Part shown: one piece after another, positions 28,363-39,555 of the stretch
Layout: each line of letters begins with the position of its first letter
Numbering within the stretch: position 1 is the first letter of the stretch
IMG/VR virus record: IMGVR_UViG_3300025889_000002
Coordinates: 1-64,000 of that record
Reading direction: 5' to 3' (one strand)
DNA from: a virus
Length of the DNA: 64,000 nt
Notes under the pieces: generated by a model
What the model saw: the letters and a program-made list of their open reading frames with translations, nothing else
What the model was told of the DNA's origin: nothing
Databases searched by the model: none
Position numbers and translations under genes: made by a program

Positions 28363-29148
28363 GTGCCACGAAATTCATCTGGCGATTATTCTCTACCGGC
28401 TGGCACCACTGTCAACACAGGGGATACGCTGCTGGTTAGCCAGCACAATCCACCATTCCAGGATGTCGCACAGGCGCTTTCATCGTCTCTCGACCGTGAC
28501 GGTAAGGGCGGAATGCGCGCCAACCTGCAGATGAATGGTAACAAGATCACGGGCGCGGCACCGGGAACTGATCCTACAGACGTTGCTACCGTGTCTCAAT
28601 TGCCCGTTGGTGCGACATCGGGTGTCCCTATCGGGGCGGTAATCGACTATTGGGGGGCAACACCTCCTGCAGATTACCTCTTTGCTGCAGGTCAGGCTGT
28701 TTCGCGTACGACTTACGCGGCGCTGTTCGCGGTTATCGGCACAAGCGCGGGCGCTGGCGATGGATCCACTACGTTCAATCTTCCCGATTATCGCGGCAGG
28801 GTCGGGGCTGGACGTGAGAATATGGCAACACCTGCAACAACTCGCCTCAATACGCTGTCGAGTTCAACGCTTGGTGCTTCTGGCGGTGCGCAGACGCACA
28901 CCCTGACCGAAGCGCAGATGCCGGTTCATAACCACAGCGTTACCGATCCAGGCCACTCTCACACTTATACGCGGCCTGTGTTCGCCTTGGGCAATCCCAC
29001 GACGACAGATTCCGCGCTGGCTTCCACCTCATCGGCTACGACCAACCTTGCCACGACCGGCATAACAATCGGCAACAAAGGTGGAGGTGAGGCGCATAAC
29101 ATCGTCCAGCCCACCATCATCTGTCAAAAAATAATCAGGATAAGCTAA
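28363..29148 (+). CDS. Tail fibre protein with tail-collar domain
   Basis: MPRNSSGDYSLPAG anchor; GQAVSRTTYAALFAVIGT...TTFNLPD.RGR. Confidence 0.9.
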   Translation: MPRNSSGDYSLPAGTTVNTGDTLLVSQHNPPFQDVAQALSSSLDRDGKGGMRANLQMNGNKITGAAPGTDPTDVATVSQLPVGATSGVPIGAVIDYWGATPPADYLFAAGQAVSRTTYAALFAVIGTSAGAGDGSTTFNLPDYRGRVGAGRENMATPATTRLNTLSSSTLGASGGAQTHTLTEAQMPVHNHSVTDPGHSHTYTRPVFALGNPTTTDSALASTSSATTNLATTGITIGNKGGGEAHNIVQPTIICQKIIRIS

Positions 29149-30941
29149 TGGCTGTCATTCCTCCCAGAGACTTGAACGCGGCAGCTTCGGTTTCCGATAC
29201 TGATGTTCTAATCGTCGACAAAGGGTCTTCGGTTGAAAAGGCCCTGCCGTCACAGATCGTGGATGCGGCTATTCCCTTGGCCTCACAGGTCGAAGCTGAG
29301 GCTGGAACTGACAACGCCAAACGCGTCACGCCGCTACGGGTCAAGCAGGCGATCGATGCCATTGGTGTTTCTGCGGATTCTCTGGCTGCTGGATTGGCAA
29401 CCCGCGTTTCGACCTCTGCACTGGCCGATCCTGAAGGTGCTGCGCTAGCGGGCTTTAAACAGCTCGGTGTCGGTGCGGCGAACAGAAACGTACTGGAGAA
29501 ACTGCGAGACACCATAAGCGCCAAGGATTTCGGCGCAGCGGGTGACGGCGTGACGAATGATACACCTGCGCTTCAGGCTGCGATTGACAGCTTCGGCGCT
29601 GGTGGCGGTACGGTTATCGTTCCGTACGGGATGCGCTGCCTGGTCGACGCCAGCCTGACCGTGAAGTCCAACGTCTCACTGGTTGGACCGCACGAATATA
29701 TCGGGTCGCCCAACAATAATACGGACGCGCCCTACGGCAGTGTCGGCGGGGCTCTGATCGTCAATTCCAGCGCGACAATCACCCTGAAGGGCGGCGCGTC
29801 TTTGAAGGGCCTGCTAATCTACCGCAAGGGCATGACGTTCCCTGCGGCGAACTCGTCTGCCTTCGCTGGCACGGCGGTAACGATTGGCGGCGATGATGCC
29901 GCCGCTTCCTGCTCCATGATCCTTGGGTTCGAAAAGGCCGTCCTTAGCGATGGATACCAGCGCCCCCGCTTCTACAATTTGTGGCTGGATAACGTCAACG
30001 GCATTTCGATAACCGATGCCTATGACATCCCGCGCATCGAAAATGTGCATTGCTGGCCTTTCGCCACGATTGAGCAATATGCCATTGACCTCTTGCCCTC
30101 GCAACTACAGCGCAGCGGCACGGCGTTCCTGCTTGAAGGGGTGTCGGATTGGGTCAAGCTGAATAACTGCTTCGCCTATGGCTATTCGCGCGGGTTCGAT
30201 CTTAACAACGTCAACACGCCCACGCTGGTTAGCTGCACCGTGGACGGCACGGCCCCACCTAATGTGCTGGCAGGTTCGCGCGGTTTCTCGATTCGTGGCA
30301 CGTCCTATGACGCAAAGCTTATCGGGTGCCAGGCTGCGAGTCAGGAAATCGGGTTCTATCTCGACACGGACGCGAATATCCAGAACCAGCTCATCGATTG
30401 CATCGCTTGGAACGGCACCAGCCACGGCTTCTTTATCGGGTCGGGCGATTGGGTGTTTATGGGTGGCGCTACGCGACAAGTCTCGAACGGTATTCTTTAC
30501 AACAATGCCGCATCGCGGGTGACGTTGCGCGGGTTTCAGTTCGGGGCCTCGCTTACCAACCCGATTAACCTCAACGTCACGCCGACTACCGGCTTCGTGG
30601 ACTTCGACGGGGTGCAGGCCCCATCGGTTGCGGCGGGCGGTACGTTGGTTGCGGGCACCTCTGCCACAATCTCGGTGGCATCCGCGCAGCCATTGCTTGT
30701 CCCCGCGACGGGGCGGGCTTTCAACATTACCGGAAGCACCAACTTTAGCAACCTGCAAAGCGGGTGGGCGGGGCGTGAAGTTACGCTGATTTTTACTGGC
30801 GCGCTGACCGTTGTGAGCGGTACGGGCGCACCCGACGCCATTCGCCTGAAGGGAAATTCCAACTTTACCACCACGGCGGGCTCTACTTTGACCTTGTGGC
30901 ATAACGGTACGCAATGGTATGAAAAATCAAGCGCGGCATGA
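29148..30941 (+). CDS. Tailspike with pectate-lyase-like beta helix (putative depolymerase)
   Basis: ISAKDFGAAGDGVTNDTPALQAAID followed by beta-helix repeats. Confidence 0.85.
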   Translation: MAVIPPRDLNAAASVSDTDVLIVDKGSSVEKALPSQIVDAAIPLASQVEAEAGTDNAKRVTPLRVKQAIDAIGVSADSLAAGLATRVSTSALADPEGAALAGFKQLGVGAANRNVLEKLRDTISAKDFGAAGDGVTNDTPALQAAIDSFGAGGGTVIVPYGMRCLVDASLTVKSNVSLVGPHEYIGSPNNNTDAPYGSVGGALIVNSSATITLKGGASLKGLLIYRKGMTFPAANSSAFAGTAVTIGGDDAAASCSMILGFEKAVLSDGYQRPRFYNLWLDNVNGISITDAYDIPRIENVHCWPFATIEQYAIDLLPSQLQRSGTAFLLEGVSDWVKLNNCFAYGYSRGFDLNNVNTPTLVSCTVDGTAPPNVLAGSRGFSIRGTSYDAKLIGCQAASQEIGFYLDTDANIQNQLIDCIAWNGTSHGFFIGSGDWVFMGGATRQVSNGILYNNAASRVTLRGFQFGASLTNPINLNVTPTTGFVDFDGVQAPSVAAGGTLVAGTSATISVASAQPLLVPATGRAFNITGSTNFSNLQSGWAGREVTLIFTGALTVVSGTGAPDAIRLKGNSNFTTTAGSTLTLWHNGTQWYEKSSAA

Positions 30942-31159
30942 TCGCCGGCTCGTATCGAAGGAAAATGACATGAAACACTACGCCGTATCGTCCATGTTCT
31001 ACGCAACCCGCAAACCCAAGCCCCTGCCGCCTGTGCTTCAGCCGAAGCCGTTTGTCGACGACGCGCGGGGATGAAAACTATTCTCGCCGTGATCGGTCTG
31101 CTATGGATCGTGAGTAGCCTGGAGCGTCACCGGCGCTTCTGGGCGACGGCGAGGCTCTG

Positions 31160-31513
31160 GTGATGCCGGATTCAGGAAACGCAGAACAAATCAGAATGGT
31201 TGCCGAGCAAGTGGCGGACACAGCCATATCTCGGTTCGCGTCGCAACATCCCGAGATAAGAAGGGGCACCGTGGTTTCTGAAATACCCGCACCACTAAAG
31301 TGGGCGGCTGCTGTGGTCGCAGCCCTATTCACCGCGGGGACTGCAACCCTCGCATTCTGGTTGTTCAATTCGGTTTCGCTGATGAGCGTCACCTTGGCGC
31401 GCATGGACGAGCGCATGGCCAATTACGCCACCGCCCAGGAGGCTCGGATCGACCAGCTTGAAGGTCGGGTCGAAGGGCTGGAATTATATCACCGACAGGG
31501 ACCTGTGAGATGA
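31160..31513 (+). CDS. Single-TM lysis-region protein
   Basis: Hydrophobic segment then coiled coil; start uncertain. Confidence 0.6.
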   Translation: MMPDSGNAEQIRMVAEQVADTAISRFASQHPEIRRGTVVSEIPAPLKWAAAVVAALFTAGTATLAFWLFNSVSLMSVTLARMDERMANYATAQEARIDQLEGRVEGLELYHRQGPVR

Positions 31514-31854
31514 AATGGACCGAATTTCTCCGCGGACACAACGGCGGACTGGAGATCAATCGGCTTGTTGGCTTCATCGGCGGTGTTGCCTACATCGCCA
31601 GCGCCATCACGTTCCAATGGTGGAACTGGGCAACCTTCGACGTCACGGCCTTCTGCCTAGCCTTCTCTGGCGGCTTGTCGGTCATCGTGGGTGGCACGGC
31701 TGGCGCGGTGGCCCTGAAGGATCGGCAGGTAGCTTCTGCCGCTGTCATCGCCGAAACAGGCAGCAAACCTGCCAAGCCCCCTGCACCCGCTCCGAAGCCG
31801 CAAGAGGGGCTGGATGATGGGGCAGAAGACAAGCGGCCTCCGTATGCTCGGTGA
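31510..31854 (+). CDS. Putative holin
   Basis: Two TM segments; directly before the endolysin. Confidence 0.6.
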   Translation: MKWTEFLRGHNGGLEINRLVGFIGGVAYIASAITFQWWNWATFDVTAFCLAFSGGLSVIVGGTAGAVALKDRQVASAAVIAETGSKPAKPPAPAPKPQEGLDDGAEDKRPPYAR

Positions 31855-32629
31855 ACCGCAATGGGCCTTAATCTTTGGCGCGGCCCGCAAGCGCGGAGCA
31901 ACGTGGGATGACCTCGCAGACGTAAACGCCTTCAAGCGCGAGATCGAGGTGGCCTTGGATGACGGCACCATCATCGTCACGGGGAACAAGCCCCCCGAAG
32001 TCCTGCCATGGGCAGACATGCTTGCCAGCATCACGAACACGAACGCCCCAGCCCTCACGCAAGACGATTACGAGCGCGCCGCCGTCGAGTTGGGCAATGG
32101 TGTCACCCCCAAGCACATGCGTGCCAGCAAGACGGTTGAGGCGCCGCGTGGGGCATTCGATGACAATGGCCGGCCTTCGATCCTCTACGAGCGCCACGTA
32201 TTCGCCCGCAACACCACGCCCAAGGGGCGGTTCAATTCATCCTACCCCGACCTGTCGGCCATCCGTGGCTATGGTGCAGGCGGCTATGGGCCGTTCTCGT
32301 CGCAATACACCAAATTGCAGCGCGCCTACGCGCTAGATCCGGAATCGGCTTTTGAGGCGTGTTCATGGGGCGCGTTTCAGGTGCTTGGTGAGAATGCGGT
32401 GCAACTAGGTTATGCGTCTGCCCGCGATATGGCCTGCGAACTGGCCAAGAGCGAAGCGGCGCACCTCGATAGCTATGTGCGATTCATCAAGGTCAATGGA
32501 CTGGCAGACGAACTAGGCAGATGCCGCGCTGGCGATCCTGAAAGCTGCATACCCTTTGTCGAGCGATACAACGGCAGCGGGTTTCGCAAATTCAGTTACC
32601 ATGTCAAATTCGCGGAGGCTCTGCTATGA
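31844..32629 (+). CDS. Endolysin, N-acetylmuramidase (DUF3380 family)
   Basis: ILYERHVF, SWGAFQVLGEN, YNG. Confidence 0.9.
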   Translation: MLGEPQWALIFGAARKRGATWDDLADVNAFKREIEVALDDGTIIVTGNKPPEVLPWADMLASITNTNAPALTQDDYERAAVELGNGVTPKHMRASKTVEAPRGAFDDNGRPSILYERHVFARNTTPKGRFNSSYPDLSAIRGYGAGGYGPFSSQYTKLQRAYALDPESAFEACSWGAFQVLGENAVQLGYASARDMACELAKSEAAHLDSYVRFIKVNGLADELGRCRAGDPESCIPFVERYNGSGFRKFSYHVKFAEALL

Positions 32630-32965
32630 ACGATAGGCTATGCAAAGCAATGCCCACGATAGCCCTTGCGCTGACCTGCTTGGCGCTTGGCCTGTTTATA
32701 GGAGTTACGGCATGATTGCGGAAGTAGCTACCCTTTACGAAACCAACGCGCGTTCGATTCCTGACATGCTTCGCCAAGCGGCGGATAGCATCGAAGAGGA
32801 AGCCAGCGAAGATTGCTCACCGACCGTTGCCATGGTGGCTGTCCAAATATCAGAAAGCGGTCAGGTGCATGTTTATGGATGGGGCGACACTGATGACCTC
32901 CGCGCTATTGGCCTAATGGAGCGCGGAAAGCATAGCCTCTTGGCTTCTATCGAGGAACTTACGGC

Positions 32966-33337
32966 ATGATTACCACATTCTTTGCCTCGACCATCAATAA
33001 GGTATTCGCAGGTGTCGTTCTCGCGCTTCTGGTGGCCCTTGGGATAGCCATGTGGTCGAACGCCCGCAAGGACGCCACAATTGAAACCCTGCGCAACGCA
33101 GTGGCCGTCTCGGAGGCACAGCATAGCGTAACCGCTGCATCACTGGACTCACTGACCCGCCGCATGAAGGAGCTTGTCGAACAAGGGCAGTTGCGGGAAA
33201 GCCTGCTAGCCGAAGCCATGAAGGAAGCGGAAGAAGAAACGTCCGAATTGCAGGACGAAGCCGACGCCCTACGCAAGGAAGGTGTTACCGACCAGTGTGT
33301 GACGCCCGCTGGGGTGCTTCGAAGCCGTGGCTTGTGA
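32966..33337 (+). CDS. Inner-membrane spanin (Rz-like)
   Basis: N-terminal TM, periplasmic coiled coil, C-terminal Cys. Confidence 0.7.
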   Translation: MITTFFASTINKVFAGVVLALLVALGIAMWSNARKDATIETLRNAVAVSEAQHSVTAASLDSLTRRMKELVEQGQLRESLLAEAMKEAEEETSELQDEADALRKEGVTDQCVTPAGVLRSRGL

Positions 33338-33455
33338 TGCTGCGGCGGGTCAGGATTTGAACCTGAGACTGACCCGCCTTCGATCCACTAGGGCCATCGA
33401 CGCAGCGCTCTATCCTACAGGGCTTGGCTCCCTTCTGAGCTACGCCGCCGCAGCA
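33338..33455 (-). ncRNA. tRNA-like structured RNA (non-canonical)
   Basis: TAGCTCAG D-arm start, TCAGG-TTCAAAT-CCTGA T-arm, 11-bp terminal stem; enlarged arms, no CCA. Confidence 0.65.
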
Positions 33456-33467
33456 AGGAGAAACTAG

Positions 33468-33737
33468 ATGAAACGCATCGCCATCGCAAGCCTGTTGTTG
33501 CTTTCCGCCTGCAATCACCCGCAGCCTGGAATTGAGATACGTGAAATCCCGGTTGTCGTACCATCCCCTTGCTTGGCCAAAGACGACATCCCACCCGAAC
33601 CAGCCCAAGTAGGCGACCAGCTAACCGGCAATGCCGCGTCAGACCTGCTTATCGTGGCGGCGTCTGCGCTGGAATTGCGGGCGGCGGTTATCACGATGAG
33701 AAGCGCGCTTTTGGCTTGTGCGGAGGGTGAGGGTTAG
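33468..33737 (+). CDS. Outer-membrane spanin lipoprotein (Rz1-like)
   Basis: Signal peptide with lipobox LSAC, Pro-rich, two further Cys. Confidence 0.8.
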   Translation: MKRIAIASLLLLSACNHPQPGIEIREIPVVVPSPCLAKDDIPPEPAQVGDQLTGNAASDLLIVAASALELRAAVITMRSALLACAEGEG

Positions 33738-36700
33738 CTGTTCCTGTAGGCGCTATATGCGTCCGCAACATCGGCAAGAGCGTTGGCGTGGAACCCTTCG
33801 TCAATGGCACTGTAATGTTCAGCGCGTTTGCGAAGGTCGGCCACGACAATAGCGATAGCGGCGTCTGCGTCAGGCAGCCAGCAATCAACCATCTCAGCCA
33901 CGTCTGTTTCAGACAAGCTTGGGAAGTTCCGGCGGATCATCGCCTTCGCCACTTCATCCCTAAGCATACCACACTCCTTCCCCTGCGCCGTCATCCGGCA
34001 TTCTCGGTTAGTATGCCAGAGGGTTTGGGCGCATGAACCGCGCTTTCGTCCTTCGGATCGAGCCCTTCGGTCTCGCCGGTTCCCGCTTCAATCGCTTGCG
34101 CGAGTATCCGGCTCAGCTCGGGGTCTGGCTTAGGCGGGTGGCACCATTCGCAAGGGCGGATGCATAAACAAGAACCCTCGCCTTCATCGTAGGTGTCGCA
34201 TTGCCAATCCCACGAGCATCCGTAGATAAAGCCTTCGCCGTGGCAATTCGCGCAATCGCTTTCATCAAAATCCCAGTAGGGGTCATCCCCCCGCTCAATA
34301 CCAATCGGCATCGGTCTGCTCCATAAAACCAAGGGGGTAATTTTCTGGCAAGGGCATCCAAATGGCACCGCGCAGAAAATCATCGCCCAGAGGAAAGGCG
34401 TCTTCGCCATCAAGCGGACCATCGTCGCTCATCATCGCAAGGGATGACGAGCAGCCATCATCGCAGACTATGACAACCTTTTGCCCTGGTTGCGGCGGGT
34501 CGATTTCCCAAGACGCCCACGCGTCAGGGATTGAAGCCTTTGGTGGAGACGGCACGGCTCCATCGCGAAGCGACGAAAGCCCGCCCGGACGCACATCATC
34601 CTTATCCATCACACCCTCCCTCCGTTAAGCGCATCCAGAGCGGCTTTAAGCAAAGACCTGCGGGGTGTTTCCATGGGCAATATCCGCCCGGTGTAGCGAT
34701 GACCTCCGCCGAATGCGTGGGGATCGCGATTAGTGCGGGTAAGGCGTTCTATGCGGCTCACTTTGCGGCTCCTTTCAGGGATCGGATGGCTTGGGCAACA
34801 TCGTTGCAAGCCTCATTGTAGATGTCGGGCCGCATGTCTCCAGCAGACGCAGAGGCATCAACGTAGTGCTGCGCATAGCGTTCGCCTTCAGCAGACTCCG
34901 CCGCCCGCTCGTATGCCTCTCGCACCTGTTCCTCCAACCGAGTGTTACGGGCTTCGAGTGCGGCGATGTGGTCGCGGGCAGCAAGGAACGTGCACTCAGG
35001 GCGACCGCACTTGCAATCGAGCAAGACAAGCATGTCCTGCGTCTGCTGTGCTAGATCACTCACTGGCCTGATCCTTCGTTGAGTAGGTTGTCGATGCGAG
35101 TGATAGCCTCCCATGCGATTGCATCGTTCATTTCATGCCCACCGCCGGGGTCGCCTTCGCAAACCGCACAGCCACGACAATTGTTGCTTATGCGCTCCAG
35201 ATACTCCCTCACTGTCATGAACCCTTCCCGCTCTCGCGTGGGGGCGGATAGGGCGGCGCAAGAGGGGCATGGCAGACCTAAATCAGACGGCAGCATGGTG
35301 CGGTGGCCAACGGGTGGATCGACTGCATAAACTCGAGCGGCTTCACGCGCCGCTGCCACCTTGTCGGCTTCGGTTTCGCAGGCGTCCTTATCCCAAGCCA
35401 GTTTTGCCAAAAGGCCCGTTGCCGCCTCGACGTTTGCCACCCAGTCGGCAAACTCATCCCGATAGCGGTCGTCGTCCCATTCATACGGCCCGCGCCCTTC
35501 CAGCAGCCAGCGATGCCCGTTGAGCGCGCGTTTAATGTGGCCAAGTGCGATTGCCACAATGTAGCGATCACGGTCGAGCAGATGGCGCATGTCTTCCAAC
35601 CCCGCCGCGCTCGGCTCGGTCTTGGCGGATTTCAGCATTTCTCCTGCTTTGTTACCATCGGTCATGTGTTATTTCCTCGTCTGGCGAGACTAACGGCACG
35701 GTGACGCAAATTCTTGCATGCCTTGCATCTCTTATATCCCGTCTTTTTGTTTATATATGTATTCTCTGGCGTGTACTCGTGGCCCCGTCCACAATGGGTC
35801 ATCCCCTGAGTGGCCATCTTCCTAGAAATGCCACTGTTGCCCCTCTGAATGTTCACAATGTGGGTAACGGGCTCAAGGTGTTCTGGATTGCAACACGCCC
35901 GATTGCGGCACAAGTGGTCAACTACTAAGTCTGTAGGAACCCGCCCCTTAGTAAGATGGTAGGCAAATCGGTGAGACGATACCCGACCGAGCGGCTTGAA
36001 GTTGAATGACCCATAGCACTTAGGATTTAGATAGCCTTTCCACATCCAGCATTGGTCGCGCGTTCCGCGGTCTATTTTTGACCAAAACCTATCCTTCACT
36101 TTTTGCGAGATCGCTTCTGGGTCTGGGATGGGTTTGATTTTAATAGGCATCACCTCGATCCTTTAAATATCCGCGCAAACAGTCCGGGCCTCTCCATGGG
36201 CAGGATGCGCGCGTTGTAGTGGTAGCCGCCGCCAAAGTTCTGGCGGGGTGCGAACCTGTGGCTGCGTTCGTATGTGTGCGAGCGGGTCATGATGCGCCTC
36301 GGGCTTTGGCGATGGCGGCGCGGGCGCGTCGCTCACACTGTCCCTTGATCGTGAATCCGCCATGCTCGCGCAGGCATTCCTCCAGCGCTTCCAGTAATTC
36401 CGGTGCGGCTGCGATTAGGCGAGCGTTTGCCTCCCAAGGATCCGTCCCGGCTTCACGATGCTTGGCCAGCGTGATTGCATCCCTCGCTTCCGGATCAGAG
36501 GCTTGGCAGATGATGCCTCCACGGAATTGCCCCTGCTCGGTGACAGGTGCGCGGACACAACCCCAATCGTCATACTCATCGGGTCGGTAAGCCCACGGTC
36601 CCGGCGTGTGGTTCGTTCCCATCTCAAACACTCCCTGCCATTGATTGTGCGTCGTCTATGGATATGCCCTGCGCTGCCAGCGATCGCACAAGTGCGGCAA

Positions 36701-38634
36701 AGGCGTCTGCATGTCGCTGCTCGACCTCGGGATATTCGCCTGTGCCGTCTGCTGCCATTTCCACGGCCAGGTTGGCGTCCTTCATTTCGAGATAGGCTTC
36801 CTTGATGGTCATGGCTGCTTCCTTTTGGCGAGGATGGCGCGAAGGCCAGCCAATGCATTGGCTTGTTGATCGATGAGGCTGCGGAGATTGCCTTTGGCGT
36901 CCCGCATCTCTGCGTTGGACAGGGCGTCATACGCCGCAGGGAAAAGTCGTACCGCCTCCATCGCCTCATCCAGTTGAGCACGTAGGTCTGCTATCTCTGC
37001 CGTGAGGGGGCGGGCGGCTTCGGTGCGGTGGCGGGCAAAGGCTTTGACGATGGGAAAGTGGTCACCTTGTCCCAGCCGAATTTCTTTGGCCTGCCAGTCT
37101 TGGCCACCGGCTTCCAAAAGACGAACTGCACCATTCCGATCAGCCTGCGTCACCTCCGGCACGTCCTTGGTCCTATCCATGGGTTTCTCCTGTGGGGGTT
37201 TCGGTGTGTTCTTTTCGAATTTCGCGCTCACGGATAAAAATCCGGTCTAGGGTATCATGCGGAACCAGCTCAATCACCGCTCTACGGAAGGCGTCTGCAT
37301 CTTGAATATCGTGCATCCGCTGATTGATAAGCGTGAGACGCTTCTGGATGCTCTGATGCTTTAAACCCAACGCCTCGACAGACCGCTTATCCCCCTCAGC
37401 TTTCGCTCCCATCAATTCATTCTGAATGCGGACAAGCTCGGTTACCAATTGCCGTCTCTCGCTAAGGCATTCATCCTTGGAATAGTTCGCAGCCGACTGA
37501 ATTAGGTCATCTTCAGCGACGAAACCCGCCTGAGCCACGGGAGCAACAACAGTTCGGCGCGCCCTACGCTGAAGGCTGCGTGATGTGCCTTTATACATAT
37601 CAGGCCTCCATCCAATTCCGCCTGCGCGGATCAACGCCGTGATAAGCACGCATAGCCGCAGCATGGTGTTCCGCGTCGAAAACGTCCTGACGTTCGATCA
37701 TCTCCCGCAGTTCCGCGTCGTCTCCCGTGTCGATTGCAGCCTGTGCTTCATCCATCCACTGTTGGCGGGTGAAGAGAGGGTAATCGGCCTTGGGGAGGTC
37801 GCCTGAGAGGATGGCGTAAGCACGCTCGCGGTGCGGCAAGCTGCGGGCCGTCTGGTTGTAGGCGGTTAGGGCGCGGGTGAGCGGGGTTACGGCGTTCATG
37901 CCAGACCTCCGCGCGGGCATTCCCAGTCGCATTCTTCGGATCCTGCCTTTGAGCAGTAACCGTCCGGCATCATCCCACAGTCGAAGTTATTCCGGCAATG
38001 CTCCCACGTCTCGCCGCAGCAATCGCAAAGACCATCATCATCCTCTGGTCCGCAATGATATTCGGCAACCGCTTCAGCGTCCGGATAGCCACACTGGCGG
38101 CATTCGTCGGGAAGGTGAGCGCCATCTTCCAGCCACTCCGATCGAGCGATAAGACCGCCGCAGGAAGGGCACCAATGTCCATCCTCGTTGACAGACCAGC
38201 AAGCCACTTCGTCATCCAACGTCATGCGCCTTGCTCCAGCGCGAGATCCGCGTCTTCTACCGCCTCGGCAGCCTTGCGAAGGTGATCCTGCGCGCAGATG
38301 GATGAGTCCAGAACTGCATCAATCAGTTCATAAGCCTGCTTGAGGCGGCTGTCGTACCAATCGGTGGATTGGCTCTGCACCCCACCCTCGGCGCGTTCGA
38401 TCTTGGAGGGGGTCATTTCCAGCTCTCCACCTGATCGCAAAGCGGGCAGAACCCATCAGCAGCGGGTGTTGAAAAAGCCTTCCGGTCCGCCTCTGTTGCG
38501 GTGCGCACCCTTGTGATGCGGTATATCCCGCCAGCCAAGCGCGGCTCGCCATCTTTGTAGATGAATGCGGCGCAATGGTTCGGCAGGTTCGCGGAGAGGA
38601 TCATTGCCTCATATCCGCTGTCTTGCTCAGCCAT
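33734..38634 (-). other. Leftward operon of about 14 coupled small hypothetical genes
   Basis: Contiguous or overlapping minus-strand ORFs, e.g. 33734-33994, 34295-34612, 35060-35665, 36287-36631, 36624-36812, 37896-38225. Confidence 0.75.
35662..36153 (-). CDS. HNH endonuclease
   Basis: RFWSKI..CW.W, SHRFAY, DHLCRNRACCNPEHL, THCGRGH...CKAC. Confidence 0.9.
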   Translation of the reverse strand: MMPIKIKPIPDPEAISQKVKDRFWSKIDRGTRDQCWMWKGYLNPKCYGSFNFKPLGRVSSHRFAYHLTKGRVPTDLVVDHLCRNRACCNPEHLEPVTHIVNIQRGNSGISRKMATQGMTHCGRGHEYTPENTYINKKTGYKRCKACKNLRHRAVSLARRGNNT

Positions 38635-38691
38635 CGGTGAAACTCCCACCCGACAGATCTGCGGGATGCAGTCCTTCGTCGGTGTGGGGCC

Positions 38692-38782
38692 TTTCTGTAC
38701 GACTTTAGCACCCATGTCAACAACAGAATGTGCGATTATCGAAAATAAATGTCTTGCACGGGGTGCGATTATCATGCAGAAG
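38692..38782. promoter_or_regulatory. Divergent early promoters with three operator-like sites
   Basis: Left TTGACA-N17-CAGAAA, right TTGCAC-N17-CAGAAG; GTGCGATTATC at 38730 and 38763. Confidence 0.65.
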
Positions 38783-38788
38783 CTGGTT

Positions 38789-38992
38789 ATGGAAAATGCA
38801 AAATCATATGCGAGCCGGGTGATTGATGCACTTGGGGGCACAACCAGCGTGGCGAAGGAAATAGATTCGCCAAAGTCTACAGTTCATAGCTGGAGGGTCA
38901 ACGGTATTCCGTCTTCCAGGCTATCTCACCTCAAGCTGCTTGCGTGGTCAAAACGCATCGACTTGCCCGAACAGGATATTGGCAATGAGTGA
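38789..38992 (+). CDS. Cro-like HTH protein
   Basis: VIDALGGTTSVAKEI...STVHSWRVNGIP. Confidence 0.8.
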   Translation: MENAKSYASRVIDALGGTTSVAKEIDSPKSTVHSWRVNGIPSSRLSHLKLLAWSKRIDLPEQDIGNE

Positions 38993-39233
38993 ATGGCAAG
39001 ACATTTCGACTGCGCCGAAGGATGGGACGTGGATACTGGTAGCGGGCACCGTTTGGGCCGGCGAAGTCGCCGGCATTGCAAGAAACGCAAAGCCTGAAGT
39101 GAGTATAGCGAACTACACAGGCGGCAACAGCGATTATCCCGGCGATTGGTGGAATGAGGCTGGTGGAGATTATTACGCTTGCTGGTGCCAACCCACCCAC
39201 TGGCAGCCCCTTCCCACCCCTCCCGAACAGTAA
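38985..39233 (+). CDS. DUF551-like protein
   Basis: WQDISTAPKDGT...PTHWQPLP. Confidence 0.8.
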   Translation: MSEWQDISTAPKDGTWILVAGTVWAGEVAGIARNAKPEVSIANYTGGNSDYPGDWWNEAGGDYYACWCQPTHWQPLPTPPEQ

Positions 39234-39555
39234 GGAACGCATGATGGAATACTACGAACACAAGCCGGTTGAATACCCAAACCTACCCATCGGACTTCGC
39301 ATCCTGTCATGGGCTATCGGCGCTGCAATAGGCACTGCGCTTTATCTGGTGGCCTATCACCTTGCACAGGTTCTTGCGGCATGACCCCCGACTACCGCGA
39401 CCGCTACTTGCAATCCAGGATCCAGTTAGCCGACACCAAGGCTGCTCTTGGAAATGTGACCCACGCACTCCTACTCGCCTGCAAAGCTTTGGAGAGCGAG
39501 GGCCACGATGTCAGCCACCTTAGAACAGCCGCAACAGAGACTGAAGGATTACGCT

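Noticed and set aside
28363-30941. Diversity-generating retroelement or invertible tail-fibre switch
   Set aside because: No reverse transcriptase, invertase, template/variable repeat pair or flanking inverted repeats seen
33380-33400. CTA in the tRNA-like loop as an amber suppressor, implying TAG recoding and explaining the TAG at 43492
   Set aside because: The loop is not a canonical 7-nt anticodon loop, the two features are in different genome units, and TAG serves as a normal stop elsewhere (1944, 13580, 55731)
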